This document shows positions 29,593 to 43,626 of a DNA stretch of 64,000 nt, piece after piece (position 1 is the stretch's first letter; every line of letters begins with the position of its first letter). The stretch is from Octopus vulgaris (Eukaryota), in NCBI GenBank assembly GCA_951406725.2, contig OX597819.1, positions 116,374,001-116,438,000 of the forward strand, in the 5' to 3' direction. The notes under the pieces are model-generated. The model was not told where the DNA came from. It did not search any database and saw only the letters and a list, made by a program, of their open reading frames with translations. The translations under genes were made by a program, and so were the position numbers.

Positions 29593-32500
29593 ATATATAT
29601 ACATATACAAATAGCTAGAGACAGAGAGATGAGAACAGGGAGAGAAAGAGAGAGGGCAGAGAGAGATGAGGGTATAAATAGCCGTTTGGTAAAGAAATAT
29701 GCTTCATAGCATCTGGGTTTTGGTTTCGATTCCACGACGCAAATCATTGTAGCATATAACTTGTAACTTGTAACATATCTTCAGATTAACAGACACCATA
29801 TGAATAGAATTTCTTATACGGACTGTGTGTGGAAGTCTGAAACTTTTGGTTAAGAAGATTTAATTGTATCTAAAATAATATTGAGCATTTGAATGGATTT
29901 GTCAAGAATTCTAACAGTATGTTTCGGAAAAAGAAAAATATGACGAATCAAGTGAAGAGAAGCTTGGGACGCCTTGCATCTAACGCCTATTCAAACGATG
30001 CCAATGGATAGTATTCCAAAGTTTTCATAGCAGAATCCCACCGTTAAAAAATGAAGTGTTGCCGAATTGAATACCCTTGTTTTGTTGTATCAACACAAAA
30101 CCCGTGTTGCACGTGGAGGTGCTTTTAAAAACAGCGAGAATTTAAGTAATGCTATGAACAGTATGATAGCCGCTGAACCAATGAAAAATAAAAAAGAATA
30201 AACACCGCAAGTGCAATGCTGTATCCTGCCTTTAAAAAATTGTTACATCGTCATTTAATCGTCAATAATTCGTCGTATGATTTAGAATCGCAAGAACTAG
30301 ACATGTAGATAATCGAAGAATTCTTACTTGCAAGAGAAGGAACTCTAAGATGTTCTGCAGGAGAACAAATAGCGTTGGTTGGCTTGTGGAGACGAAGATA
30401 GAATTTATTCATAGAGATGAATTTATTTCACTAGTGAATCGTAAGGCAGCAGTGATTTGGACCTTTGTATTGAAGGTTTTTGTGTTGAAAACTGACGCAA
30501 AGATTATCCAGTCACATTTAACGAAGCTAAAATTAAAGAACGACTGGGGTTTCCAGGCTGCTAAGAGAAGAAATCAGATCACATTATCTTTGTCATTATA
30601 ACTATAACTCACTAATTCGACTTCCACACAAAGTCCTACTTGTACAGATCTTAGTGGACAGTAAATTGTGTGAACTAAATACTATTTTTTCTAATATATT
30701 TTTAGTACTGTCTATAATGTATTCACCATTAGGAATTTATCATATTTCAAAATGATCTCAACTTCATTTTATTTTGTTTTTTAAGTATTATATTTTCTCA
30801 CACCCTTTGTTGGCTCTGGAGAGTACTGAGACGTTTACTACTATATCTTAATAGTTTTCTTTCCTATACTCCTTCCAGTGTGCTAGTATTGAGAAGGAGC
30901 TACCGGTGTTGATATCGATCATTGTAACAGGATAGTCGATTAAATATGAATTAATAAATGTGCAGAATTACCGCATCATTGTATTACGTATCACTAGCTT
31001 ATAAGAAACGCGCGTAAGCAGATTGCAGATTATAAATTTTGAAGTAAACATTTGTAAGTCTCCATTTGTTTGTGTTTTATACAACGATCTTAAATCTTAG
31101 GACGCGAACTTTGGATTTAGTGATAGAAAGAGAGTGTATAGATTACATGGTTCACAACGACTCTCGCTCGTCGACAAGAAGTATTATTACAGAGCGCCCA
31201 AAAAGTCTTCCCTTACCCTTGTCTCTTTGTGTAAGACACACACACGCACACATTTGGAGACGGAAGATACAACATCTGGTGACGAGAGTTTCGAAGCTCA
31301 CGTAAGTTATTTAACAATTTATTCGTGATACAAATTGTTAAATAATAGAAGGCCTATTAGCTACAATAATACAGTTGCAAAGGCAACAACAAGAGCAGCA
31401 GCAGGAGTTGCAGAAGCAACTAGTATAGCAACAACTACAACAGCAACGATTATTGGAGCTATACGCAAAGAAGTCTGAAAATGCGGTAAGTTCGGTTTTG
31501 CCAGACGGCGTATCAAACTCCATAACAGAATTCAATTACAACCCAGAGGATGATATAACTTTCGCAGCGTACCACAGAAGTACGAGGAAATTTTAAAGAA
31601 GGATTGCAAAACATGGTTGGACGCAGAATAATAATTTTTTTTCTGCGTAAATTAGCTCCGTCTGAGTATGAACTATACTGTAATTCATACTGCCCCAAAA
31701 GTCTTTCAGGAAACAATCAAATTACTGTCTAACGTGTTCGGTGATAAAACTTCTTTATTTAACACTTGAATGGAGCGTTGGAATTTAACTAAAAAAAAAG
31801 GGCGATGGCTTTATTACATATGCAGGGATAGTCAACAGAATTAGTGAAAGTTTTAAACTTAAAGAACTTACTACAGAGATGTTTAAGTGCCTCGTTTTTG
31901 TACAACACCTTACATCAAGTGGGATACAGAAATACGGGCAAGAATTCTTTCAAAACGTGGACATGCGAACTAATATTTTGCCCTGCAGACTGATGCAAAA
32001 GAGTTGAAACAGGACGTAAGAAAAATTGAAGAAAAGGATGTCGCAAAAATACAGATATGTAGGCCGTGAAAGGAAAACCAAAGAACATAGCTAAGTCTTA
32101 ATCTCTGTTACAGATGTGGAGGCCTACATGTCTGGAACGATTGTCCTTTTAAAAACCAAAAAATGCGACAGTTGTCAAAAATTTGGACCCAAGTGTTCAC
32201 ACTGCAGAAGAAAATTATGAAGGTCAAATGTTAAATATTCTGAAGTTCTCTCAGCAGAAAATAAAATCGACTTCCAAATAAGGAAATTTGTTCATGTAAA
32301 ATTAAACGAATACTGGTAGTGACATTTAAATCATTAACACCGACACGTGGAAGAAAATAAAGAAACTTATGTTAAGAAAAACAGCAAAAATTGAACGTGG
32401 CATGACGGGTAACAAACTACACATTCTATGTGAAATGTGGAATGATATCACATTTCGAGAAAAAACTTGGAAGGCTAAAGATTTCGTCGTAAAAACGCCA

Positions 32501-32967
32501 CCAATCTATTTGGTACGGACTGTTTGGAGTCATTTGACTCATGAGATCTCCTGATAAACCGGTACTGTAAAGAATTAAAAGACTGCCCTCCACCAGTGAA
32601 AAGAAATCTTCGGCTGAATTGAAGAAAAGATTAATTAAAATCATTATGTGTAACGTTATTCACGAACTGCCAGTGACAGCGCATAATATAAAAATGAAAT
32701 CCGCCGAGAATAATTACATTACGAGAATGAAAGAAATGTTCAAAAATAAGCAAAATAAAAACACAAATTCGAATAATTTTTCACTACGGGCAAATGTACG
32801 CGCAAAGAGTAATACCAACTACATTACAGGAACAAGTATTGCCGGAATTCCACAGTGGAGACCTGGAAATATCGAGAAGCAAAGCCTTAATGATAAGCTA
32901 TGTATATTGGCCGACAACGAACCAGCATATTGAAAGTTGTGTAAAATTATGTAGAGGTTGTAAACTA

Positions 32968-33358
32968 GGCGCCGGAGTGGCTGTGTTGTAAGTAGCTTGC
33001 TAACCAACCACATGGTTCCGGGTTCAGTCCCACTGCGTGGGCAAGTGTCTTCTGCTATAGCTCCGGGCCGACCAATACCTTGTGAGCGGATTTGGTAGAC
33101 GGAAACTGAAAGAAGCCTGTCGTATATATGTATATATATATACATGTATGTGTGTATGTGTTTGTGTGTCTGTCCCCCTAGCATTGCTTGACAACCGATG
33201 CTGGTGTGTTTACGTCACCGTCACTTAGCGGTTCGGCAAAAGAGACCGATAGAATAAGTACTGGGCTTACAAAGCATAAGTCCCGGGGTCTATTTGCTCG
33301 GCTAAAGGCGGTGATCCAGCATGGCCACAGTCAAATGACTGAAACATGTAAAAGAGTA
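32968..33358 (+). mobile_element. SINE family A, full length, inserted in Gypsy integrase
   Basis: Head ggcgccggagtggctgtg...ggttccgggttcagtccc, internal (TA)(TG) microsatellite, tail gactgaaacatgtaaaagag. Confidence 0.9.
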
Positions 33359-33594
33359 GCAGCCAAGGCTTTAACAGATGAAATACCAATCGTGGCCTGA
33401 GACGGATAGTCCGTGATACAAATCGAATACATATCGTTGTTGATAGCAGTACAAAGTGGCCAGAGGTATGTAGGTGCAATAAACTAGCCGCAAAGACAAC
33501 AACAAAGTTCCTGTATGAATCATTTGCCCGATACGGTGTTCCTGACATGTTGGTATCAGATATCGGAGCACAATTTATGGGTAGTAAATTCAAA

Positions 33595-33973
33595 CTTTTA
33601 CTCTTTCTCTTGTTTCAGTCATTTGACTGCGGTCATGCTGGAGCACCGCCTTTAGTCGAGCAAATTGACCCCAGGACTTATTCTTTGTAAGCCTAGTACG
33701 TATTCTATCGGTCCCTTTTGCCGAACTGCTAAGTTACGGGGATGTAAACACATCAGCATCGGTTGTCAAGCGATGTTGGAGGGGACAAACACAGACACAC
33801 AAACATATACACACATACATATATATATATATATAAAATATATATGACGGGCTTCCTTCAGTTTCCGTCTACCAAATCCACTCACAAGGCTTTGGTCGGC
33901 CCGAGGCTATAGAAGAAGACACTTGCCCAAGGTGCCACGCAGTGGGAACGAACCCGGAACCATGTGGCTGGTA
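33595..33973 (-). mobile_element. SINE family A, slightly 5'-truncated, inserted in Gypsy integrase
   Basis: Reverse complement of family A. The integrase reading resumes on both sides. Confidence 0.9.
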
Positions 33974-34157
33974 CTGCAAGATAAATGCGATGAAGCATAT
34001 TTTTACTCCGCCCTACCACCCGAGATCAAACGGGCCTGTAGAAAGTTTCGTTGTTACTTTCTAGCTAGAGTTAAAGAAAGCAAGGTACGACATTGGAAAT
34101 AACGAAGCGGCTGCATCGTCATCTTGTTTGCTATTACAACACTGGTACTATGTATCT

Positions 34158-34542
34158 GTGGAGGCGCAATGGCCCAGTGGTTAGGGCAGCGGACTCGCGG
34201 TCATAGGATCGCGGTTTCGATTCCCAGACCGGGCGTTGTGAGTGTTTATTGAGCGAAAACACCTAAAAGCTCCACGAGTCTCCGACAGGGGATGGTGGTG
34301 ATCCCTGCTGTACTCTTTCACCACAACTTTCTCTCACTCTTACTTCCTGTTTCTATTGTACCTGTATTTCAAAGGGCCGGCCTTGTCACTCTCTGTGTCA
34401 CGCTGAATATCCCCGAGAACTACGTTAAGGGTACACGTGTCTGTGGAGTGCTCAGCCACTTACACGTTAATTTCACGAGCAGGCTGTTCCGTTGATTCGG
34501 ATCAACCGGAACCCTCGTCGTCGTAACCGACGGAGTGCTTTC
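34158..34542 (+). mobile_element. SINE family C, full length
   Basis: Near-identical to 5963-6352. TSD act(a/g)tgtatct at 34147-34157 and 34543-34553. Confidence 0.9.
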
Positions 34543-34845
34543 ACTGTGTATCTAAACCATACATCAAAATAACGTGGGGCACCAGAACATTTGGAGACGG
34601 ACGATACAACAGTTCTTTAGGTGAATATTTATACCTTTATAATGATATGTTATTGAGATGCCGAATACTACTGAGAGCAGATGGAGACGATAAGTGGTTA
34701 GTAAATGCCTATGGCTGTACAAGTTATATAAATCTGGAAATATCGAGTAAAACTATTTACCTATGTAATTTTTACAAATTTATTGTTTAGAATTTATCAA
34801 AAATATAATAGCCATTTAATATAATAGACAATGCATCGCGAAAAC

Positions 34846-34891
<46 letters not shown>

Positions 34892-34902
34892 GTGTGTGTA
34901 TG

Positions 34903-34933
<31 letters not shown>

Positions 34934-37900
34934 CTATATATATATATAATATAAATGTATATATATGTGTAATATATATATATATAAACATATATATGCA
35001 CACACACACATATATATATATATACATATATGAAACATTTTTTGTTGTATTGTTTCTGTCTTTAAGCTGCAGAGAAAAGTTTTGATTACGTTTAGAAATT
35101 CTCGTGTTAAGTGGAGTAGCTAAATATTAGACGAAGAAAATTGACAGACAGGGAACTGAGATTGTGATTAAAGACAAGTAACAGATGTGACTGAAATTAG
35201 AAAGACGAAATGAGAAATTCGCATAGAAAAGCCAATATGATACTAAATAATGTTATGCGAAGAAGCTGGCGATAAGCATTTTGTTAATGCTGTTGGATGT
35301 GCGACTTACTCTTAAGTACTACGGCATATTCAAATTTAAGTCCTCAGTTTAAGGTGTTTAGATGACATTGCTACTGATATAGTAGAGTTCCCTAATTCAT
35401 CTTTGGCGAATATTGCGACTTACATTATAATTATATATTAGTATGTGATACACCATAAAGCAGATTTTAATATCATATATGTTATACATATCAAAGAGGA
35501 AAGACACTAGTACTAATAATAGACGAAACAGATTTCAGACATTGAAAAGTGAATTTAATGATATTTAAGGTAATTCTTATCGTATATTCTTAATACTGAA
35601 GGAAAAAGTCCATTTTCTAGGGATAATGGACATTACGTGTAGGATCTGTATAATTCCGTGATTTTGCAGTTTGTGTTTTAGTTGAAATTCCTGTTTTTTT
35701 TTTAACTGATATAGTCGGCAGGTTTTGTACCATAGTCATCTGGTTTTAATCCTTTTTATCGCAAAAATAAATGTAATGTTTATATTAGAAATGATGTTTC
35801 ATGTCCATTGAAAATAGCACTGATAATTTCTTCAAGTTTGTTGCCGCAGTGAACTTGAAATATCTCAACAAAACATCTCTTCAAACTTCACATTGCTCGA
35901 CAAATGACAGATTGGTACATAAAACTGATTTCTGCAATTAATTTAATGACATTTTGAGTTAATATATCTCATTGCGCCAATAAAATGATCAAAAAGAATT
36001 TGTGATTATAAATGATATTTATAATTTATAAATCATATAAAATATGTTTATGGTTATAAAATCTTTGTTTAGGATTCCCTCCTGTTATGTGACGTTTATG
36101 CCGTTTTGCAACTTTCGGTTCAGTTGAGGTGACTTACATCTTAAACCTTACTGGGTCTTTGTACTTTACTTTTTAAGATTGTGGGGAGCAATGTGAAATG
36201 GCCTACATGATCAAGTACACAAAATGTAACCGGACTCCAGATCAAAATTCCCGATCGCCAGATTCTGAACCTTGCATCCTAATCGTTAGGTCTTGATGCA
36301 TGACTTAGTGGTCAGGATAATAAAATACGAACTATCGTTTCCAATAGTTTTCTTTTGTCTGTAGCTGTTATTCAGTGGGGAAAGAGCAGTGCTTTTGCTG
36401 TGACTTAAGCATCTCAGGCTGTTGAGCAGAGTATACAAAATAGTTTATGGGCAAAAATCATGGTTTGAGAGCCTGAAACATAGAGAAATCTGCAAAGACT
36501 CTAAAAACATTCTGGTAGTTTTAAATCAGGCGGTATATTACGACACAAGAAGAATATGAAGAATACAAAGATACCGCCGACGGTCTCCCGAAAAGTTTCG
36601 CTCAAAGAACCGCGCACTCAGGATTTTGCTCGAACAGATGCCCTATGCAAAACACCGTGGAATGATTCCGAAAATAAATCTCTTAACTGCCCAGCTAGGT
36701 CAGCCTCCATTCCATGTATTACACCTGAGAATTCAAGCATTTTTTACTGGGAATAGAACGAAGGAATATATACTGAATATGTTTTATGTGAAGAGGGGTT
36801 CTTCTAATTGTCAGCACCGATATCTCTTTGAATAAATATAAACACTATATTTGAAAGAAAGGGATAAATACAAAGCGTGCCTTCACTCTGATGTTACGTA
36901 TATGGGAACCGAACAGCTGTACAGCCAAACCTACGCAAAATCAGTCGTCACCAACTTTTGAAAAACATTGTTTTTGTAATCAATATGCCCCATGACATTT
37001 TTGCACAATTCATTATCAATTATTATTCAATTAGACTTCGTGTCACTCAAGATAATGTTTGCGGGGATTAAATTTCAGTCATGATTAGGTAGAGCTCGTC
37101 GCTTTCAAATTATCTTGACAACTACTCGCTTTGCCTGAGAGAAGTGTAAACCTTCACGACAGATTGTCTGTTAAATGATGGCCTCGATTCGGATTTCACC
37201 AGAAATATGCTATTGTAACCATATGAAACCTTGAAGACGGTTAATGCAAAGAGATTCCTGTAATGTAATATATTTACTTGGTAACAATTTCTCGCTCCAA
37301 CGAATCGGATTAAGTAGTAGTGATTATATTCTAACTAGCAAAATCATACAAAACTAAATATCCGCCATAATATTTTGTCTGTACGATTTCGGAGTTACCG
37401 GGCTATTAAACTCATTTTTCGAGACGAAACACTTCTAATATTAACCGCTTTATTCAGCTTCGATCTGTAACACGTTATACAGGTTGCTGCTGAAAAATAG
37501 CTCTCTTATTCTACATGTCCATCGATTTGGCGGTAAGGATGTTAGGCTGGTGATAACAGTGGTTTCATATAATTAATGGTTTTTCAATTCCCATCATGGT
37601 TTGAACCGGTTTAAGTGGTGCTCAGGCTTTTGAAATAATAATTGTGAATCGCGAATTTCTTCATTGCCCTCTGTACATTAAAAGCAATGTCAAACGTCAC
37701 AAATTTCCCAGTAACGTTAAGTGACAACCTACCTATGTATGATCTGAACATAAAATCTGCTTTAATAACATCAACCACATTTTCGAAAGATTCTTATATC
37801 GCAGGAATCGGGAGCCGCTGAAAAGATAGTATAGAAAAAACGTCCGAATCGTAAAACAAGGAGATAATGACAGGATAAATATTTGAGCCAGAATATCAGT

Positions 37901-38066
37901 TGAATATATCTTCTGAATCAAAATAAATATGTCTCGTGTTTTTATATCTGACTCATATGAGTAATGTTTGGTAATTCTTTTCCAATGAAATCCTATTGTT
38001 TGCATCATTTTTGTCTCGGGAGCAAATGGAGTTGCGCATAAAATAATCTAGTCCGACTTTTACATT

Positions 38067-38470
38067 TCATGTCCTAATACATTTCCTGCAGTGGCTGTGT
38101 AGTCCTATCCTGGACAAACGCTCCCTCTGGCTGGTGCCGCAAATGTAGCGAAGACTTTGTCTAGCTTGTTGTAATGTCATAGTTTCTTGTTGACGTCTTT
38201 TCTTGTCTTTCCATTTCTCATCTCCCTCTTTGCCACTCCTTTGTGTTCCCTCTTTTACGGTACGTCGCCAATCTTCATGGTTGCTGGCAACTGCTTCCCA
38301 ATTGCTAATATTGATGTTGCAGGCCTTCATGTCCCTTTTGCAAACATCCTTGTACCGTAGGAAAGGTCTTCCCACAGACCTAGTACCCCTAGCAAGCTCT
38401 CCGTAGAGTATGTCCTAGCGGATTCTGCCATCTTTCATACGGCTAACATGTCCAAGCCATCTCATACCTT
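38067..38470 (-). mobile_element. RTE/BovB-clade LINE 3' remnant
   Basis: MRWLGHVSRMKDGRI..ILYGELARGTRSVGRPFLRYKDVCKRDMK...WEAVASNHEDWR...SRIGLHSHCRKC is the canonical RTE C-terminus. Confidence 0.88.
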
Positions 38471-40025
38471 CTCCCTTGACTATCTGAATATGTAAAAATG
38501 CCTTTTATTGTAACAACACAATTAAATGTACGATAAAAAATTATGAAAGTAAGCACCTGCTAATATATACATACTGCACAACAACAATGAAATCCTATAC
38601 GCTTCCCCAAAAATGAACTCCATATTGCCTACTACATCATAACTAATTATCTTACAGTGCGTTTGCCGCTTCACTTAAATTTTCGCTGTGTTATAATGCT
38701 TTTGGTAAAATTTGAACAAGAAAGATAGTAGATTTCTCGATTTCTTAAACATGTCTCAGGAAAGAGAAATGATTTTAGTTCCATTGATTGAAAATTGGAC
38801 CGCAGTTCGTTATTATAAAAGCTTACTTGAGTTTGCGGTTTGTTGATTTGCAGTCCATACATCAACAGGGATATTCATTGCATTTAATGTGCTTTGTTAA
38901 ATGATATTTTTAAGTTTGAGGAAAATGACAATGATATGTTGACTGATAACTCAATATGTATATTATAAAATAGAGTTTATTCTAACTTTGTATCTGAGCA
39001 ACACGCTTAAATTTTCAAACATCCTGTCCTCCTGGAAATTACTCCATTAATTAACTGCATATGATATGGTATCCCCTCTAATTAGAAGCGTTTCTTAAGA
39101 AACATATTCTTATTCAGTTTAAACTATTACTTTTATGCTCTTTAATTAATTCGTGGTGTGATAGGTGCAAGCATATTACACCAGCTATGAATGAATTGTA
39201 ACTATAACCCGCAGATAAATCCGATTATAAAATGATTGGGAATGATGTTAAATAATTATATGTTGAAAAGTTCCCTAATTTAATTAATGTATTATAATTA
39301 AGATGTGTGGATATCAACACATATATGGCCAGGGCCTGTATGTCTCTTTGAATTTGCGATGTAGTATTTTAAATTCATATCAAGCACCGCAGCCTGTATA
39401 AGATCTTTTCAGTTAATAACAATTACTTCAGTATTAGGAGATTAAGCCTTAAAACCAACAAATCGGAAATGTGAAGGCATTTTCATGATAAGATTAAGTG
39501 AGTAGTTGCTTTATAGCGTCAGAATCAAAAGTTGCAATTCTGCTGCAGGGGTGATCAACAACGAAATATCTTAGAAATCAGAAAGTTTTATGACCATTTA
39601 GAGAGATTGAACTAAATTATTTGAAATACTGTAAGATAAGATCAAGCATATGCAATTTATTTCATATACTGAATGAGTATTAATCTTACAAAGGCCACAA
39701 ATTTGTACATGTAGAAGATTTGATGGCCTGATAACCATATCGTATCAAATATTTACCCCAGTTTTTAGATAAATAAATCGAGGTTGACAATATTGCTTCA
39801 TAATTTAAAAAGAGACACATTTAATCTCCCCTGTTCATAAGCCTCAACGTCTTTCTCTCTCGCTCTCTATTCCTCCCTTTTCCCCGCTCTCTTTGCTTTT
39901 CTTTTTCAATCTTTTTATTTTTAGATATGTAGGTGCAGATATAACTATGTGGTAAGAAGGGTGCTTCCCGGGCACATACTGCCGCCTGGTTCAGTCCATT
40001 TGCGTGGCACCTTCAACGAATATTG

Positions 40026-40214
40026 TCTTATTTCTTTATTGCCCACCAGGGGCTAAACATAGACGGGATAAACAAAGAGAGTCAAAGGGATTACGTCGAT
40101 TTTCATCGACTCCAGTGCGTAACTGGTACTTAATTTATCGACCCCGAAACGATGAAAAGCAAAGTCGACATCGATGGAAATTTGAACTCACTACATAACG
40201 GCAGACGGAATACC
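40026..40214 (-). mobile_element. SINE family B, 5'-truncated
   Basis: Aligns to the 26021-26252 body and ends at gcagacggaatacc. Confidence 0.8.
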
Positions 40215-40776
40215 TTTACCGGGACATTGCCGGCAGTCGGTAACATAGTACCGGAATGTCCCGGAACCTCGTCGGTAGGAGTTGTGCCACTGGCAGGGGA
40301 AGAGACACCGTCGGTGGGATTTGTGCCGCCAACGGTAGAAGTGACTGCCTCGACCTCGGAGAAACACGAATTATTGGTCTTCTACAGAGTCGGAGGGTAT
40401 TTTGTGCCTTGCGTCTAGAGTAGAAAATATTATACAGAGGGCATTGGCTACCTAAATATCGATTGATAAAAGGACAGGATTGTCATAGTTGGAATATTAT
40501 TTATCAAAAACCTCCGCAATCGGTGACAACCCAGGGTTAAACAAAAACCAGATGATTTTATGTAAAGTATATAGACATATGTGCATTCATATCATTAAGT
40601 GTACAGTCTGTTCATACAAAAAGTTAAACTGTTGGCATCTGGTTTTTGTTTATTACAAGTTCATAAGACACATTTCACATACAAATACGGCTATATACAA
40701 ACACAGACATACACACACGTACGCACACATATATATACATACATATATAAGTATGTATATACATGTATATATATGT

Positions 40777-40815
<39 letters not shown>

Positions 40816-40817
40816 AA

Positions 40818-40902
<85 letters not shown>

Positions 40903-41197
40903 CACAAATGCGCATGTATATCTAAACATTGATCCTGGCTAAATCAGGTGCTTCATATATGTTATTATGCCACCAATTATCTGTTGATGTATGAGTCTAA
41001 TGGCAAAAGTGTCTGGCGATTATGAACATTTATCGATGTACTGCTGCAGGGCTAAATAATTATTTACTCTTTAAGAATATATACATACGCGTGTATGTAT
41101 TTATACATATAAAATGCTTATGTATAATATATAGAAATATGTGCATTGTTACATATGTGTATATGATATGCACATATTCACACACACATACTTTATA

Positions 41198-41258
<61 letters not shown>

Positions 41259-41507
41259 GCATACATATATATATATGTGTGAATATTTACACCTACACAC
41301 TAGTATGTTAATAGAGTCTGGTGATGGTTCACAGGGTTGCTATACACTTCTGCGCTCCAGAAATATTTTAGTTAACTCGCGATTGCCTGAATGAGCACAG
41401 GTGACGCGAAACTCTGTGTAGCAAAGGAATGAAGAGGGTGACGCTATTTGATATCTAAAAACTATATGTAATCTCTCCAATATTTTTTCCTTTGTTTCAA
41501 TCTAGAA

Positions 41508-41569
<62 letters not shown>

Positions 41570-41957
41570 TATATACAAAAATGCTCATTCAGAGACGCGT
41601 GTACGATATACGTAAGTGATGAGAAACATAAAAATTTTAGTATATATCAGTTGATATTGGTCAGCTGACATAACGGTTGACGATAGTCAATGGTTCTCGT
41701 GGTGAATCATTAGGTACGGAAATTGGAAGTTTGCAAATTTATTTTCACCGACTAATAGACATGTATTTGTGTGTGTGTGCGTGTGTATTTTAGTGATTTT
41801 TTTAACACTAACTTCACTGTTATATTTCTAACATGTTGCAGTTTAACGACATATTCTTCAGATCTTCATTACTGTAGCTATATATTTTTGGATGTCAATA
41901 TAATCTCTTTTTGTATATATATATATATAAAAATACACACACATATACACAAACATA

Positions 41958-42172
41958 TCTCTTTTACTCTTTTACTTTTTTCAGTCAGTTGACTGCGGCC
42001 ATACTGAGCACCGCCTCTAGTCGAGCAACTCGCCCCCGGGACTTATTCTTTGTAAGCCCAGTACTTATTCTATCGGTCTCTTTTGCCGAACCGCTAAGTG
42101 ACGGGGACATAAACACACCAGCATCGGTTGTCAAGCAATGCTAGGGGGACAAACATAGACACACAAACATAC

Positions 42173-42207
<35 letters not shown>

Positions 42208-42378
42208 CATATATACGACGGGCTTCTTTCAGTTTCCATCTACCAAATCCATTCAGAAGGCTTTGGTCGGCCCGGGGCTATAGTAGAAGACACTTACCCA
42301 AGGTGCCACGCAGTGGTACTGAACCCGGAACCATGTGGTTGGTAAGCAAGCTACTTACCACACAGCCACTCCTGCGCC
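41958..42378 (-). mobile_element. SINE family A, full length
   Basis: Ends in cacagccactcctgcgcc (reverse complement of head) and carries the family tail ctcttttactc. Confidence 0.92.
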
Positions 42379-43084
42379 TATGTATAAGTGTAGTATAATC
42401 CTATAATTTTCCTGAAGCATTTTTTGATATGAATTAAATATTTAAATATTTATTAAAGCGTAAACAATGCAATTTGAAAAAAATCAAATATTCTGGTCGG
42501 CGGTTAGTACTATTATCTAGTATCTCAATATTTCAAAGTCAGGTCCTTTTCGGCAGGAAATCTACAGAAAGAAAGTGTTAATAGGTAACTTCACCGTTGA
42601 GTATCCAGCAATCAACACAATCCCTCCGTTGGTTTCCGGAGAAGGCGTCTTACAGATATTAACACACTTTTCAGTAGATTTCCTGAAGGCAGCATCTTCA
42701 CCCTCAAGTATTTGAACATATTTTGGCTTTTAAAAATATTTGAAACAGCTATATTTATATGTATGGGTGTGCGGATTATCCAGTTGTAACTCGAGCTTCA
42801 TACACGTCTGTCATGTACGTTCTTAATGATCCAGCAAACAATATGTTAAGTATGAAATCTGAGACGCATTGTTTAATTACACATTGATCGGGAATTGTGA
42901 TTCACGTTGTTGAACACGTGAATGACATAAGCTGGACAAGTATAAACAAGACTGTTTAATGTAACTGCAAAACGTAGATTTCACAAATGTTCCACATTTA
43001 CAGCAATATTTTTGTTTAGTCTTACCGTACCATAAGTCCCGGAAATTCTTTTCTACTCTAAGCCCAAGGCCCAAAATTTGGGGG

Positions 43085-43626
43085 CAGGGCTCCAGTCGAT
43101 TAGATCAACCCCAGTACGCAACTGGAAATTAAATTATTGATCCCGAAAGGATGAAAGGCAAAGTCGTCCTCGGCGGAGTTCGAGCTCAGAACATAGAGAC
43201 AGACGTAATACCTATTTCTTAACTAGCCACAAGAGGCTAAACACAGAGAGGAAAAACAAGGACAGATAAACGGATTAAGTCGATTATATCGACCCCAGTA
43301 CGTAACTGGTTCTTATTTAATCGACCCCGAAAGGATGAAAGGCAAAGTCCACCTCGGCGGAATTTGAACTCAGAACGTAACGTCGGACGAAATACCTATT
43401 TCTTTACTACCCACAAGGGGCTAAACACAGAGAGGAAAAACAAGGACAGTCAAACGGATTAAGTCGATTACATCGACCCCAGTACATAACTGGTACCTAA
43501 TTTATCGACCCCGAAAGGATGAAAGGCAAAGTCGACCTCGGAAGAATTTGAACTCAGAACGTCGCGGCAGACGAAATACCGCTATGCATTTCGCCCGGCG
43601 TGCTAAAGTTTCTGCCAGCTCACCGT
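43085..43626 (-). mobile_element. Tandem trimer of SINE family B (~183-bp period)
   Basis: cccgaaaggatgaaaggcaaagtc recurs three times, near 43142, 43326 and 43509. Only the rightmost unit has the head. Confidence 0.88.

Larger units (their letters stand above)
31277..34600 (+). mobile_element. Degenerate Gypsy (Mag-like) LTR retrotransposon internal region: gag, zinc knuckles, protease remnant and integrase; RT/RNase H largely deleted; interrupted by three SINEs
   Basis: A ...CA followed by PBS-like TGGTGACGAG at 31277-31286. Gag fragments SITEFNYNPEDDITF and LTTEMFKCLVFVQ, and knuckle CYRCGGLHVWNDCPF. Integrase fragments FHSGDLEISRSKALMISYVYWP..C..C, VVDSSTKWPEV, FARYGVPDMLVSDIGAQF and TPPYHPRSNGPVESFV. 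Confidence 0.85.

Noticed and set aside
30900-31274. 5' LTR of the Gypsy element
   Set aside because: The CA plus PBS junction is visible, but no matching 3' LTR could be found to define it.
43085-43626. CRISPR-like array
   Set aside because: Eukaryotic context, and the units are whole SINE bodies without unique spacers.
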